Shown here: in pieces, positions 22,080 to 30,912 of the stretch
Position numbering within the stretch: position 1 is the first letter of the stretch
Layout of the letters: each line of letters starts with the position of its first letter
DNA from: Nannocystales bacterium
GTDB lineage: Bacteria > Myxococcota_A > Polyangia > Nannocystales > Nannocystaceae
NCBI GenBank assembly: GCA_050633305.1
Contig: JBOEGF010000005.1
Location: forward strand, 416,001-480,000
Reading direction: 5' to 3'
DNA: 64,000 nucleotides
Position numbers and translations under genes: made by a program
The notes under the pieces: generated by a model
What the model saw: the letters and a program-made list of their open reading frames with translations, nothing else
The model's database searches: none
What the model was told of the DNA's origin: nothing

Positions 22080-22863
22080 GTCTTCGAAGCCTTTCGTCGG
22101 CGCTGTTTCGCTGCACTCGAGTCAGCCTTGCGTACCGCCGGATCGCGAGCAGCCCGCTGGCGTGGAGGCGCCCCGCGTGGTCGGTCGGGTTCTCCGCCGT
22201 CCGACGCTGCACCGCGCGGGACGCCCAGGGGTGGAACGGGTCCTGGTCGAAGCCGCGACCCAGCAGAAACATCAGCATCACCCAGACACCGACACCTGCG
22301 TTCGTGGTCAGCCCGTGTGCGTGTGTCAAGGAACGACCGTGTTCGATGAGCTGCTGAACTGCGGGCTCGCCGAGCAGTTCGTACTTGGGGCGGAACATTA
22401 GGCCGAGAAGTTGGTGAAGCCCTGGGTCGTCTTCGCTGTGTGCCGCAATCTCGTCGAAGTCATGGTGGAGCACCCACGCCAGTGCCCGTCGGTACAGGGC
22501 TCCGTCGGGACCGATCATGGGCTCCATTCGGGCAGCCGAGGTCGCCAGCAGGGCGGCCATGGCGTCTCTGCGGTTGGCGGCGTTGTGCTTGCGCAGGCTC
22601 GCGCCGGCCCACGGTAGCTGCGGGTCTTCGTCGAAATGGACCCCCAGCAAGACCATCAGGCTCACGAAGGCCGATACGTCGGCCTGCGCGTGAAAACCAT
22701 GTCTCTGTGCACGCGCAATCCCGATGTCGACGGCCGCACGCGCGCCCGGGTCGGTGAGCACCAAGCAGTGTTGTGGAAAGTGAACCCAAAGGTCCTCGAG
22801 GACCGCCTCGCGCGTCTGGATGTGCTTTGGGGTCCCCGATTGGAGTGCTTCGTGTTGGGTCAT
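22066..22863 (-). CDS. Hypothetical protein with an internal duplication (possible effector chaperone/adaptor)
   Basis: Two similar units: GIARAQRHGF...LMVLLGVHFDEDPQLPWA and GRSLTHAHGL...LMFLLGRGFDQDPFHPWA. Overlaps the next gene by 14 nt. Confidence 0.75.
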   Translation of the reverse strand: MTQHEALQSGTPKHIQTREAVLEDLWVHFPQHCLVLTDPGARAAVDIGIARAQRHGFHAQADVSAFVSLMVLLGVHFDEDPQLPWAGASLRKHNAANRRDAMAALLATSAARMEPMIGPDGALYRRALAWVLHHDFDEIAAHSEDDPGLHQLLGLMFRPKYELLGEPAVQQLIEHGRSLTHAHGLTTNAGVGVWVMLMFLLGRGFDQDPFHPWASRAVQRRTAENPTDHAGRLHASGLLAIRRYARLTRVQRNSADERLRRHGSS

Positions 22864-22877
22864 CGGCAGGCGCTCCG

Positions 22878-23525
22878 CTACGCGTTCCCGGCATGAACGG
22901 CCGACAGGGCGGCGACCGTGGCCTGGTCGAGCTCCCCGGTGGGGTCGAGTTCTTGGACCCGCTGAAACCGCCGCAACGCAGCGGCGGTTGCGTCGTCGAG
23001 TGTTCCGTGGGCCTGGCCCTCGTAGTAGCCGAGGTTTGCCAGGCGGGCCTGCGCACCGTCGACGTCTTCGGTCGGGTTGAGCGTTCGTGGTGAGATGTCG
23101 TAGACCCGCTCCTCGTCTCCCTCGCCGACCCGCAAGATGACCTTGGTCAGGTCCGGCGGGACATACACTTCAACAACTCCGTTCGCGTCTGTCGTCCCGG
23201 CAAACGTCTTCCCGCTGTGCTCGAGGGTGTAGTCGAGGTTGGCGAGCGGTTCGTCGCACTCGAGCAGCTGAAGACGCAGCATCTCCGGTACCCCTTTGAG
23301 CTCAAAGCGATGGAGCTTCCCCGTCGGGCAGGTTTCTTCGCGCGGCTTCAGGGGGGGGATCTGCACGATGTCCCCGGGCTTGAGGACGAAGGGGGTGTCA
23401 CGCGTGGCCTTGAGTTCCGCGTTGGCGGGGTGGGACCACAGCGACTCCCAGAAAAAGCCGTGTTCGTAGGCGATGCTCGACATGCACTCGCCTTGTTGGA
23501 CCGTGTGTTTCTTCGTGGAACTCAT
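22878..23525 (-). CDS. LysM-like, transthyretin-like and peptidoglycan-binding (PG_binding_1) domain protein
   Basis: HTVQQGECMSSIA...LKPGDIVQIP (LysM-like); EPLANLDYTL...GTTDANG; QARLANLGY...TAAALRRFQ...TGELDQAT (PG-binding). No signal peptide. Confidence 0.88.
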   Translation of the reverse strand: MSSTKKHTVQQGECMSSIAYEHGFFWESLWSHPANAELKATRDTPFVLKPGDIVQIPPLKPREETCPTGKLHRFELKGVPEMLRLQLLECDEPLANLDYTLEHSGKTFAGTTDANGVVEVYVPPDLTKVILRVGEGDEERVYDISPRTLNPTEDVDGAQARLANLGYYEGQAHGTLDDATAAALRRFQRVQELDPTGELDQATVAALSAVHAGNA

Positions 23526-23560
23526 CGGGACAGACTTCGTTGGTGTTGCGAAACGACTCG

Positions 23561-24103
23561 TCACAGGGGTTCGGCGTGGACGTAACTCCAGGCCTCGCTG
23601 TCGAATTCAGGGAACGACACTTTGCAGGTACCGGCCTTTCGGATTTCCCGAATCTCGGCCCGTCCGTCGTGGTCGAGGCTGCCGCTGTGGGTTCGGCCGG
23701 CGGGGTCCAGGAGGCGATACGCGGCTCCGGCGATGGGTTCGTCCAGGGCGTTGACGAGCTCGAGCACAACGGCGTGGAGCGGAACTTCGTCCTCGTTGTC
23801 GTCCTCGGGGAGCAGCGCGGTGAGGTCGGTCGGTGCGGATGACCCCTTGGCTGACCCCGCGGATGGATGCCAAGCGACGTACTCGAGCTCCCCGCAGGCG
23901 AGGGCTCGCATCGCCTTTTCCGCGATGCGATCACCGGATTCGACCCACGCGTTGAGGAGGTTTGCGAGCGCTCGGGCGCCCGAAACGGTACTCGCGAACT
24001 CGCGGACTTCGAGCTCAACCTGGCGTGGCACATCCACGAATCTCCGGAACGGACTTCCCGAGACTTGGAGGGCGCCGAACCCGAGTTGCAGGCGTCGAAA
24101 CAT
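23561..24103 (-). CDS. Hypothetical protein with a C-terminal transthyretin-like module
   Basis: LELVNALDEPIAGAAYRL...SGSLDHDGRAEI...GTCKVSFPEFD resembles the extensions seen on VgrG/PAAR-associated proteins. Confidence 0.7.
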   Translation of the reverse strand: MFRRLQLGFGALQVSGSPFRRFVDVPRQVELEVREFASTVSGARALANLLNAWVESGDRIAEKAMRALACGELEYVAWHPSAGSAKGSSAPTDLTALLPEDDNEDEVPLHAVVLELVNALDEPIAGAAYRLLDPAGRTHSGSLDHDGRAEIREIRKAGTCKVSFPEFDSEAWSYVHAEPL

Positions 24104-24502
24104 GGAGACCTCACGATGTTTTCGCGCCGCGGACCTCCCAATGTCGCCCCGGTTTCGCCGCGGGCTCGGGGGGGTCGAGCGGGGTCATAGAAGCGATCAA
24201 TCGGTCGGATAGGGACGAAGTATTGGCAACGCTGCCGCCGTCATAGGCGACGAGCTCGGCGGCGAAAAGGGCCGCACGGGTCCATCGGCCTTCACGGCCG
24301 TGGGCGGCTTCTGCGGTCCTCGGTAGGAGGTGTCCTGCACATCGGGATTCCGTCTCGATCGAAGAACCCGGGGCCGGGCGCGCCACACCCTCCAACGGCA
24401 CTGACCCGTCGCCGTCGCTCGTCCACAAGAGCCTCTCGCGGATGCTGACCTCGCGATGCGTGCCTCGCACCGTGTCGTGTGTAGAGCCGAAGGAGGCCTA
24501 CA

Positions 24503-25774
24503 TTGAGCCTCGACCAGGAGAGGCCCCCGCCGCATGAGCTGCCTATGGGCGAGCCTGCCGTCGACCAATCCGAAGCGCTTCAGCGGCTCTACGAAACGTT
24601 CCCGTACCCAAGGGAGGTTTCCGGCCTCGACGACTTCAAGGCGGGCAAGCGGCAGCCGATCTGGAACCCCAAGACCAGCTACTCGGTGTTCTTTCCGGAA
24701 TCGAAGCCCCGTGCGGACCTCGATATCCTCGTCGCCGGGTGTGGAACCAACCTCGTCCCCGTGTTCGGCGCCTTCATGCCCGAGGCGCGAATCGTTGGGG
24801 TCGACATCTCGACCGCCTCGCTGGAGATCAGCGCCGAACAGTGCGCCTCGAATGGCATCGCCAACGTCGAGCATCGAAGGCTCCGCCTCGAGGAGGTCGC
24901 ATCGCTGGGAGAGAGCTTCGACTTCGTGTGTTGCACAGGCGTGCTTCACCACCTCGAGGACCCCGTCGCCGGGCTGCGGGCACTCGGCGACGTGACGCGG
25001 CCCGATGGCGCGATCATGGCGATGGTGTACGCCCGGTACGGTCGGCAGGGCATCTACATGCTTCAGGAGCTGGCGACGATGCTGGGCCTGCGTATCGACG
25101 AACTCAGCGCAGCCAAGACCCAGAAACTCCTCGCCTTGCTGCCTGCGACGCACCCCTTCCGGGCGGTCTACCGTGAGGTCGGAGAGATGATCAGCATCGA
25201 GGAGGTGATGGACATGATCCTCAACCCCCGGGACCGAAGCTTTCGGGTTCACGATGTTCGGGACCTGGTGGACGGCGCTGGGCTCCGCTTCCATCGCTGG
25301 CTCGGCAACGCGCCCTACTTGCCGGAGATGACGGCGCTGGGGCAGGCAGGTCTGCTACCCGAAGCCGACGCGCTTGGGCCTTGGGACCGGGCCGCCGCTG
25401 CCGAGCTGGCGTTTGGGAACATCATCAAGCACAGCTTTGTCGTCACCCATCCCGGACGAGAGAGCGCCGCGGAGCTGTTCGAGGGAGCCGCGCTCCTCGA
25501 CGCGTATCCAGCGTTGTCGACTCACCTCAGGGTCGAGCATTCCGGAGCGAATCTGGTCGTCACCAACGAGGGCCATGCGGTGCCGATCCAGACGGCCGCG
25601 CCGGTTGCCGAGATGGCCGCGTTGCTCAAGGCGTGCGACGGCAGTCGGACCGTTGCCCAGTTGGCCTCTGCGCTCGGGGACACGGTGGTCTCCGCATACC
25701 GGCATCTGTACAACGCGGATGCGATCACGCTTTCGCGGGTCCCGTGCGTCACACCGACGTCTGCACCTCGCTGA
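24503..25774 (+). CDS. Class I SAM-dependent methyltransferase with C-terminal winged-helix-like extension
   Basis: YETFPYP, ILVAGCGT, VGVDIS, FDFVCCTGVLHHL, PDG; C-terminal CDGSRTVAQLA. Start TTG 24503 or ATG 24546. Confidence 0.9.
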   Translation: MSLDQERPPPHELPMGEPAVDQSEALQRLYETFPYPREVSGLDDFKAGKRQPIWNPKTSYSVFFPESKPRADLDILVAGCGTNLVPVFGAFMPEARIVGVDISTASLEISAEQCASNGIANVEHRRLRLEEVASLGESFDFVCCTGVLHHLEDPVAGLRALGDVTRPDGAIMAMVYARYGRQGIYMLQELATMLGLRIDELSAAKTQKLLALLPATHPFRAVYREVGEMISIEEVMDMILNPRDRSFRVHDVRDLVDGAGLRFHRWLGNAPYLPEMTALGQAGLLPEADALGPWDRAAAAELAFGNIIKHSFVVTHPGRESAAELFEGAALLDAYPALSTHLRVEHSGANLVVTNEGHAVPIQTAAPVAEMAALLKACDGSRTVAQLASALGDTVVSAYRHLYNADAITLSRVPCVTPTSAPR

Positions 25775-25911
25775 GTGCTTCGGAGCCGTCCCACAGCGCG
25801 TCTGGACCCGGTGCATCAGCGGCTGGGGCAGCGTGCGCTGTGGTCTCCGACTGCGGTCCGAGCATCGAGCGCTTGCGTGCCGTCGCCGCGCGACGCTACC
25901 GTCCGAGCGCC

Positions 25912-27879
25912 ATGCTGTCCCACGCTGCTCGTCTCTGTGTTGCCGCGCTGCTGGTCTCGACGACCGTCGGCGCCTGTGATTCGACCAAACCCGCCCCCAA
26001 GGCGACGAAGCCGGATGCGGAGGCAGCCGACAAGGCGGCCGCCGACGCGAAGGCCGTCAAAGATCAGGCGGCCAAGCGTGTCGCGATCGACCCCAACGGC
26101 AAGGCGGGGAAGAGCCCGTTCGAGAAGAAGTCGGACAAGACGCCCGAGCAAGCCAAGACGTTTGCGGAGAAAACCGACAAAGAACTCAAGGAGCTTTGGA
26201 CGCGCTCGGCCAAGGCACAGTGGACCAAGGCCACGGACATCACCGACGAGCACGACAAGGCCGCCGCGCTGCTCACCGCAGAGGTGATGGCGTACGAGAC
26301 CAAGGCGATCGCCGAAGCTGCGACGTTCGATGGCGTGAAGGCCGAGCCGGACGTTCGTCGGCAGATCGACCTCCTCAAAGTCTCGAGCACCGTCCCGGCT
26401 CCCGACGACGAGGTGAAGCGGAAGCAGCTCGCCGACATCACATCAAAGCTGGAGAGCACCTACGGCAAGGGGAAGTTCTGCACCAATCCCGACGACGACA
26501 AGACCTGCAAGGACCTGGGCGAGCTCTCCGACGTATTGGCGACCAGTCGGGACTACGACGAGCAGCTCGCGGCCTGGGAGGGCTGGCGCACGATCTCCGT
26601 GCCCATGAAGGAGGACTACACCAGGTTCGTCGAACTGGGGAACGAGGGTGCCAAGGCGATCGGATTCTCGGACATGGGCGTGCTGTGGCGCAGCCGATAC
26701 GACATGTCCCCAGAGGCGTTCGAGCAGGAGATGGACCGGTTGTGGGGGCAGGTCAAGCCGCTGTACGAGCAGCTGCACTGCCACATTCGCGCGTCACTGA
26801 GCGAGAAATACGGTGCCGACAAGGTCCCCGCCGACGGCATGATCCCCGCGCACCTCTCGGGCAACATGTGGACGCAGGACTTCATCAACCTGTACCCGAT
26901 GCTCGAGCCTCACAAGGGGCAGCCCAGCATCGACGTCACCAAGGCGCTCAAGAAGAAGAAGACCACCGAGGTCGAGATGGTGAAGATGGGCGAGGCCTTC
27001 TTCACATCGATGGGCCTCAACCCGCTGCCGGATACGTTCTGGGAGCGCTCGATGTTCGTCAAACCGAAGGATCGTGACGCCGTCTGTCATGCCAGCGCGT
27101 GGGACGTGACCTCGAACAACGATCTGCGCATCAAGATGTGCATCAAGATCAACCACGAGGACCTCGTGACGATCCACCACGAGCTTGGGCACAACTACTA
27201 CTACAACAACTACTTCACGAAGCCGGTCCTGTTCCAACAGGGCGCGCACGACGGCTTTCACGAGGCGATCGGCGATGCCATCGCACTGTCGATCACACCG
27301 AAGTATCTCAACGAAATCGGCCTTCTCGGGAAGGTCTCCGAGAGCGATGAGGCGGTGGTCAACAAGCAGATGCAGGACGCGTTGGCGAAGATCGCCTTCC
27401 TGCCGTTTGGCAAGATGATCGACCAGTGGCGCTGGGACGTGTTCTCCGGGAAGGTGAAACCCGAGCAGTACAACGCGCACTGGTGGAAGCTTCGCGCCAA
27501 GTACCAGGGGGTCATGCCGCCGACGGCGCGCTCCGAAGAGCACTTCGATCCCGGCGCGAAGTACCACATCCCCGCCAACACCCCGTACGCCCGCTACTTC
27601 ATGGCGCACATCCTTCAGTTCCAATTTCACAAGGCGATGTGCCAAGCCGCCGGGCACGAAGGGCCACTTCACACCTGCTCGGTCTACGGCAGCAAGGAGG
27701 CCGGCGCGAAATTGGCCGCCATGCTGGAGATGGGCAGCAGCCAGCCGTGGCCTGATGCGCTCGAGAAGCTCACGGGAACGCGCGAGATGGATGGCGCTGC
27801 GGTCGTCGAGTACTTCGCGCCACTCATGGGATACCTGAAGGAGCAGAACGAAGGTCGCAGCTGCGGCTGGGATGGTTGA
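25912..27879 (+). CDS. M2 family metallopeptidase (ACE/peptidyl-dipeptidase A-like), lipoprotein
   Basis: Lipobox VGAC; PAHLSGNMW, CHASAW, HHELGH, FHEAIGD, DPGAKYH, PYARYF. Confidence 0.95.
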   Translation: MLSHAARLCVAALLVSTTVGACDSTKPAPKATKPDAEAADKAAADAKAVKDQAAKRVAIDPNGKAGKSPFEKKSDKTPEQAKTFAEKTDKELKELWTRSAKAQWTKATDITDEHDKAAALLTAEVMAYETKAIAEAATFDGVKAEPDVRRQIDLLKVSSTVPAPDDEVKRKQLADITSKLESTYGKGKFCTNPDDDKTCKDLGELSDVLATSRDYDEQLAAWEGWRTISVPMKEDYTRFVELGNEGAKAIGFSDMGVLWRSRYDMSPEAFEQEMDRLWGQVKPLYEQLHCHIRASLSEKYGADKVPADGMIPAHLSGNMWTQDFINLYPMLEPHKGQPSIDVTKALKKKKTTEVEMVKMGEAFFTSMGLNPLPDTFWERSMFVKPKDRDAVCHASAWDVTSNNDLRIKMCIKINHEDLVTIHHELGHNYYYNNYFTKPVLFQQGAHDGFHEAIGDAIALSITPKYLNEIGLLGKVSESDEAVVNKQMQDALAKIAFLPFGKMIDQWRWDVFSGKVKPEQYNAHWWKLRAKYQGVMPPTARSEEHFDPGAKYHIPANTPYARYFMAHILQFQFHKAMCQAAGHEGPLHTCSVYGSKEAGAKLAAMLEMGSSQPWPDALEKLTGTREMDGAAVVEYFAPLMGYLKEQNEGRSCGWDG

Positions 27880-27880
27880 G

Positions 27881-27955
27881 CGGGTCGGTGGGCTCCGAAC
27901 GTCCTCGGGGGAAGGCAATCCGCGTTGCGAATCGCTTCCGGCCTCCCCGCGATTT
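27881..27955 (-). repeat. REP-like palindromic repeat, inverted copy of 30815-30890
   Basis: The reverse complement of 27901-27955 (AAATCGCGGGGAGGCCGGAAGCGATTCGCAACGCGGATTGCCTTCCCCCGAGGAC) aligns closely with 30815-30870. Weaker similarity continues for about 20 bp. Confidence 0.75.
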
Positions 27956-28036
27956 CGCGTCGTGAATCACTTGGTGTGAGCCAGCCCTTTCTCGCGAACC
28001 CCGAACCCGGTTATGTTCCGGGGCTTCGGGGTTCTT

Positions 28037-29077
28037 ATGCGTCGCGTTTGTCTTGTCGTTTCTTGCATTGCTGTACTCGGGCTCGGGTGTAGCTCCGAGG
28101 TGATCAATCCGTTCTCCAGCGCCACGATGGGCGCGATGGAGAGCAGCTCGGGCGCAGCGCCCGACTCGACTTCGGGCCCGCGGACGACAGGGATCAGCGG
28201 GGCCAGCATCAGCGCGAGTGGTGGGTCGACGACAGACGACGCATCGTCGAGCACCGCGTCTTCAGGCCAGGTGGATTCAAGCTCGACCACCGTGGTCGAA
28301 ACGACCACCGGAACTGTCGACGAAACAACCACTGGCGGTGTCGATGAGACGACCACCGGTGTGATCGACGAGTCGACATCGTCCTCGTCGAGTTCCAGTT
28401 CGTCGAGTTCCAGCTCGTCGAGCTCCAGTTCGTCGAGCTCGAGCTCCTCCACGGGGGACGCCTGCGACCAGCCTCCCACCGACTACGATGACTGCTTCAA
28501 CTCGGGCAACGGGGTTTGTGATGAACCGAACTCCACATGCCTGCTCGACGACGTGATGGCCCCGACCCATGGCGCTTGTGCGGCGCTGGAGTGCGTCGAG
28601 GACTGCGACTGCCCTGCAGCTCCCGATACCGGGACGGCCGAGTCGGTCTGCGGGGACATTTTGTCCGGAGGCGGCACGGCTTGTATTCTCGATTGCTCGG
28701 GCGGTGCGACGTGTCCCGATGGCATGAACTGCATCGGCAACCAGGTGTGCATGTGGCCCGACTTGGTCTGCGACGACCCGCCGCCGGAGGGCGTCTATGG
28801 CGACTGCCTCACCGAGGGCAACGGCGTGTGCAACAACTTGTCTGCGACCTGCCTGCAAGACGACACGATGGCCCCGACCGTGGGCGTGTGCGCTCCGCAG
28901 GGGTGTGAGACGGACTGCGACTGTCCTGCGGCCCCCGCAACCGGAGACGCGACCGTATCGTGTGGGACGATCGTGGATGGTGGCGGGAATGCCTGCTTCC
29001 TCAGCTGCTCCGCGGGCGAGACGTGCCCCGACAGCATGGTCTGCTTCGACGACTTCCTGTGCATGTGGATGCCGTAG
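28037..29077 (+). CDS. Cys-rich lipoprotein: Ser/Thr-rich stalk plus two tandem 14-Cys domains
   Basis: Lipobox LGLGC; poly-Ser/Thr linker containing 15-bp tandem repeats near 28385-28445; two ~100-aa repeats with the pattern C..DCDCPAAP..G...C......G..C...C....CPD.M.C.....C.W. Confidence 0.88.
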   Translation: MRRVCLVVSCIAVLGLGCSSEVINPFSSATMGAMESSSGAAPDSTSGPRTTGISGASISASGGSTTDDASSSTASSGQVDSSSTTVVETTTGTVDETTTGGVDETTTGVIDESTSSSSSSSSSSSSSSSSSSSSSSSSTGDACDQPPTDYDDCFNSGNGVCDEPNSTCLLDDVMAPTHGACAALECVEDCDCPAAPDTGTAESVCGDILSGGGTACILDCSGGATCPDGMNCIGNQVCMWPDLVCDDPPPEGVYGDCLTEGNGVCNNLSATCLQDDTMAPTVGVCAPQGCETDCDCPAAPATGDATVSCGTIVDGGGNACFLSCSAGETCPDSMVCFDDFLCMWMP

Positions 29078-29199
29078 GCCGCCGCGAGATCGCGGGATAG
29101 GCGGTGCCCGCCCTCGCTTTGCTCCTGGGGGCGGGAGGCTCTGGGCTGTCGTGTTTTTCCTGCGTCCGAGAGGGGTTTGTATGCAACCGTCGTGGCGTC

Positions 29200-30912
29200 A
29201 TGCATGTCGCCCGGATCTCGCGTTCTCTGCTTGCCGCGCTGTCGCTTCTCGCCATCACCGGTTGTGACGACCTTCTCGGAGGGTCGTCGGACGACCAGGC
29301 CGAGGCGACGAAGTCCGAGCCCTCGGAGACGGAGGAAAAGAAGGACGAGGCGGAGAAGGAGGCCGACGGCGAGCCCGAGCCCGTCGCGGTTGTGAAGCCG
29401 GACCTTCCTCCGGAAGCGCCGAAGGAGATCGCAGGGCTGCCGTGCTCCGATGGCACAGTTGCTCGAGGCGCCGCTCCCCCCGACGGACATGAAGCGTGGT
29501 GCGAGAAGCCTGCTGATGGGGATGGAGTCGGTGTGCGGCACGGACGGTTTATCCGGTGGCACGACGCTTCGGAGCAGAAGTGGCGCGAGGGCGACTACCG
29601 TGACGGCAAGCGGCACGGCTCATGGACGACCTGGCACGAGGGCGGTGAAAAGGCCGAGGAGGGGGAGTACGCGGACGACCTGAAGTCCGGTGCTTGGACC
29701 CACTACGGCGCGGACGGAAAGAAGACATCCGAGGCTCAGTTTCGGGATGGAAAACGTCAGGGCACCTCCAAGACGTTCTTTGCAGACGGGACACCGGAGA
29801 CTCAGTCGGAGTTCAAGGATGACGTCGAGACCGGAACGTTCGTTCGCTTTCACACCAACGGAAAGAAGGCCGAGGAGGGCGCATACAAGGAGGGCCGGAA
29901 GGACGGGACGTGGCGTACGTTCGACGAGTCCGAGGCTTCGCTGACCGAGGAGGTTTGGAAGGATGGAGTGCTCGAGCCGAGTGACACGATCTGTGGCGAG
30001 GAACTCGTGGCTGGGGGCGCGGCCCCTCCAAAGGGGCTGGAGCAGTGGTGTGAAACCAAGGGCGGCAAGCGCCAGGGGCCCTACAACAAGTGGTTCGAGG
30101 CGAAGACCGAAGACACGCCCCAACTCGAACTCACCGGCTCCTACGACGACGGCCAGAAGACCGGCAAATGGAGCACGTACTACGAGGACGGCGACCTTCG
30201 CGAAGAGGTGACGTACCGAGAGAACCGCCGCGAGGGCGAGTTCCTGGGCTACTGGCAAAATGCGCAGAAGCGGGTCGAGGGCGAGTACTGGGACAACCGA
30301 AAGCAGGGGGCCTGGACGTACTGGTACGGCGGTGGCCAGAAGAACGAGGAGGGCGACTTCAAGCGCGGTCAGAAGCAGGGCGAGTGGCTAGGCTGGCACC
30401 CCGGCGGGGAGCGTCGTTACATCGAGAACTACAGCGACGGCAAGCGAGAGGGCCTGGCTGAGACCTTCCACAAAAACGACAAGCTCGAGTCCAAGGGCAA
30501 GTACAAGGACGACAAGAAGCACGGCAAGTGGACGTTCTTCGACGACACCGGAAAGAAGACCGGGACCTCCAAGTTCATCGCCGGTGAAGAGACCGAGGCG
30601 GACGAGGTCCCCGTGAAGCCGGACCCCAAGCCAGATACAAAGCCGGACACCAAACCAGACACGAAGCCGGACCCCAAACCAGATCCGAAGCCTCCCGTGC
30701 CGACGCCGGACGCGAAGAAGAAAAAGAAGAAGGGCAAGAAGGGGAAAAGAAGAAGGGCAAGAAGGGGAAGAAGAAGTAGGCCAAGCGATTCGCGGGCCAA
30801 GCGATTCGCAGTCCGAATCGCGGGGGAGGGCGGAAGCGATTCGCAAAGCGAATTGCGTGCCCTCGAGGACCTCCGCAGACCTCCTCCCCCGATCCCCTAC
30901 GCCGGGATGTGA
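29200..30912 (+). CDS. MORN-variant repeat lipoprotein (YwqK-like); natural stop probably at 30779
   Basis: Lipobox AITGC; many repeats of the EGxYxDGKxxGxWxxW type; PKPDTK repeats; poly-Lys tail with an apparent 1-nt slip near 30745. Confidence 0.88.
   Translation: MHVARISRSLLAALSLLAITGCDDLLGGSSDDQAEATKSEPSETEEKKDEAEKEADGEPEPVAVVKPDLPPEAPKEIAGLPCSDGTVARGAAPPDGHEAWCEKPADGDGVGVRHGRFIRWHDASEQKWREGDYRDGKRHGSWTTWHEGGEKAEEGEYADDLKSGAWTHYGADGKKTSEAQFRDGKRQGTSKTFFADGTPETQSEFKDDVETGTFVRFHTNGKKAEEGAYKEGRKDGTWRTFDESEASLTEEVWKDGVLEPSDTICGEELVAGGAAPPKGLEQWCETKGGKRQGPYNKWFEAKTEDTPQLELTGSYDDGQKTGKWSTYYEDGDLREEVTYRENRREGEFLGYWQNAQKRVEGEYWDNRKQGAWTYWYGGGQKNEEGDFKRGQKQGEWLGWHPGGERRYIENYSDGKREGLAETFHKNDKLESKGKYKDDKKHGKWTFFDDTGKKTGTSKFIAGEETEADEVPVKPDPKPDTKPDTKPDTKPDPKPDPKPPVPTPDAKKKKKKGKKGKRRRARRGRRSRPSDSRAKRFAVRIAGEGGSDSQSELRALEDLRRPPPPIPYAGM
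30783..30890 (+). repeat. Cluster of REP-like hairpins
   Basis: AAGCGATTCGC occurs at 30783, 30799 and 30834. Hairpins GCGATTCG-CAGTC-CGAATCGC (30801-30821) and GCGATTCGC-AAA-GCGAATTGC (30836-30856). Confidence 0.75.

Noticed and set aside
24111..24470. 119-aa ORF upstream of the effector-like cassette
   Set aside because: No motif or convincing composition; more likely part of the divergent promoter region. It does not resemble PAAR or VgrG.
28377..28445. TCGTCGAGTTCCAG repeats shared with 45170-45245 as a mobile or regulatory repeat
   Set aside because: Both lie in poly-Ser coding stalks and are explained by serine codon usage.
30781..30860. Three copies of AAGCGATTCGC as a possible CRISPR array
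   Set aside because: Repeats are only 11-15 bp, spacers are short and irregular, and no cas genes are present. Better explained as REP-like hairpins.
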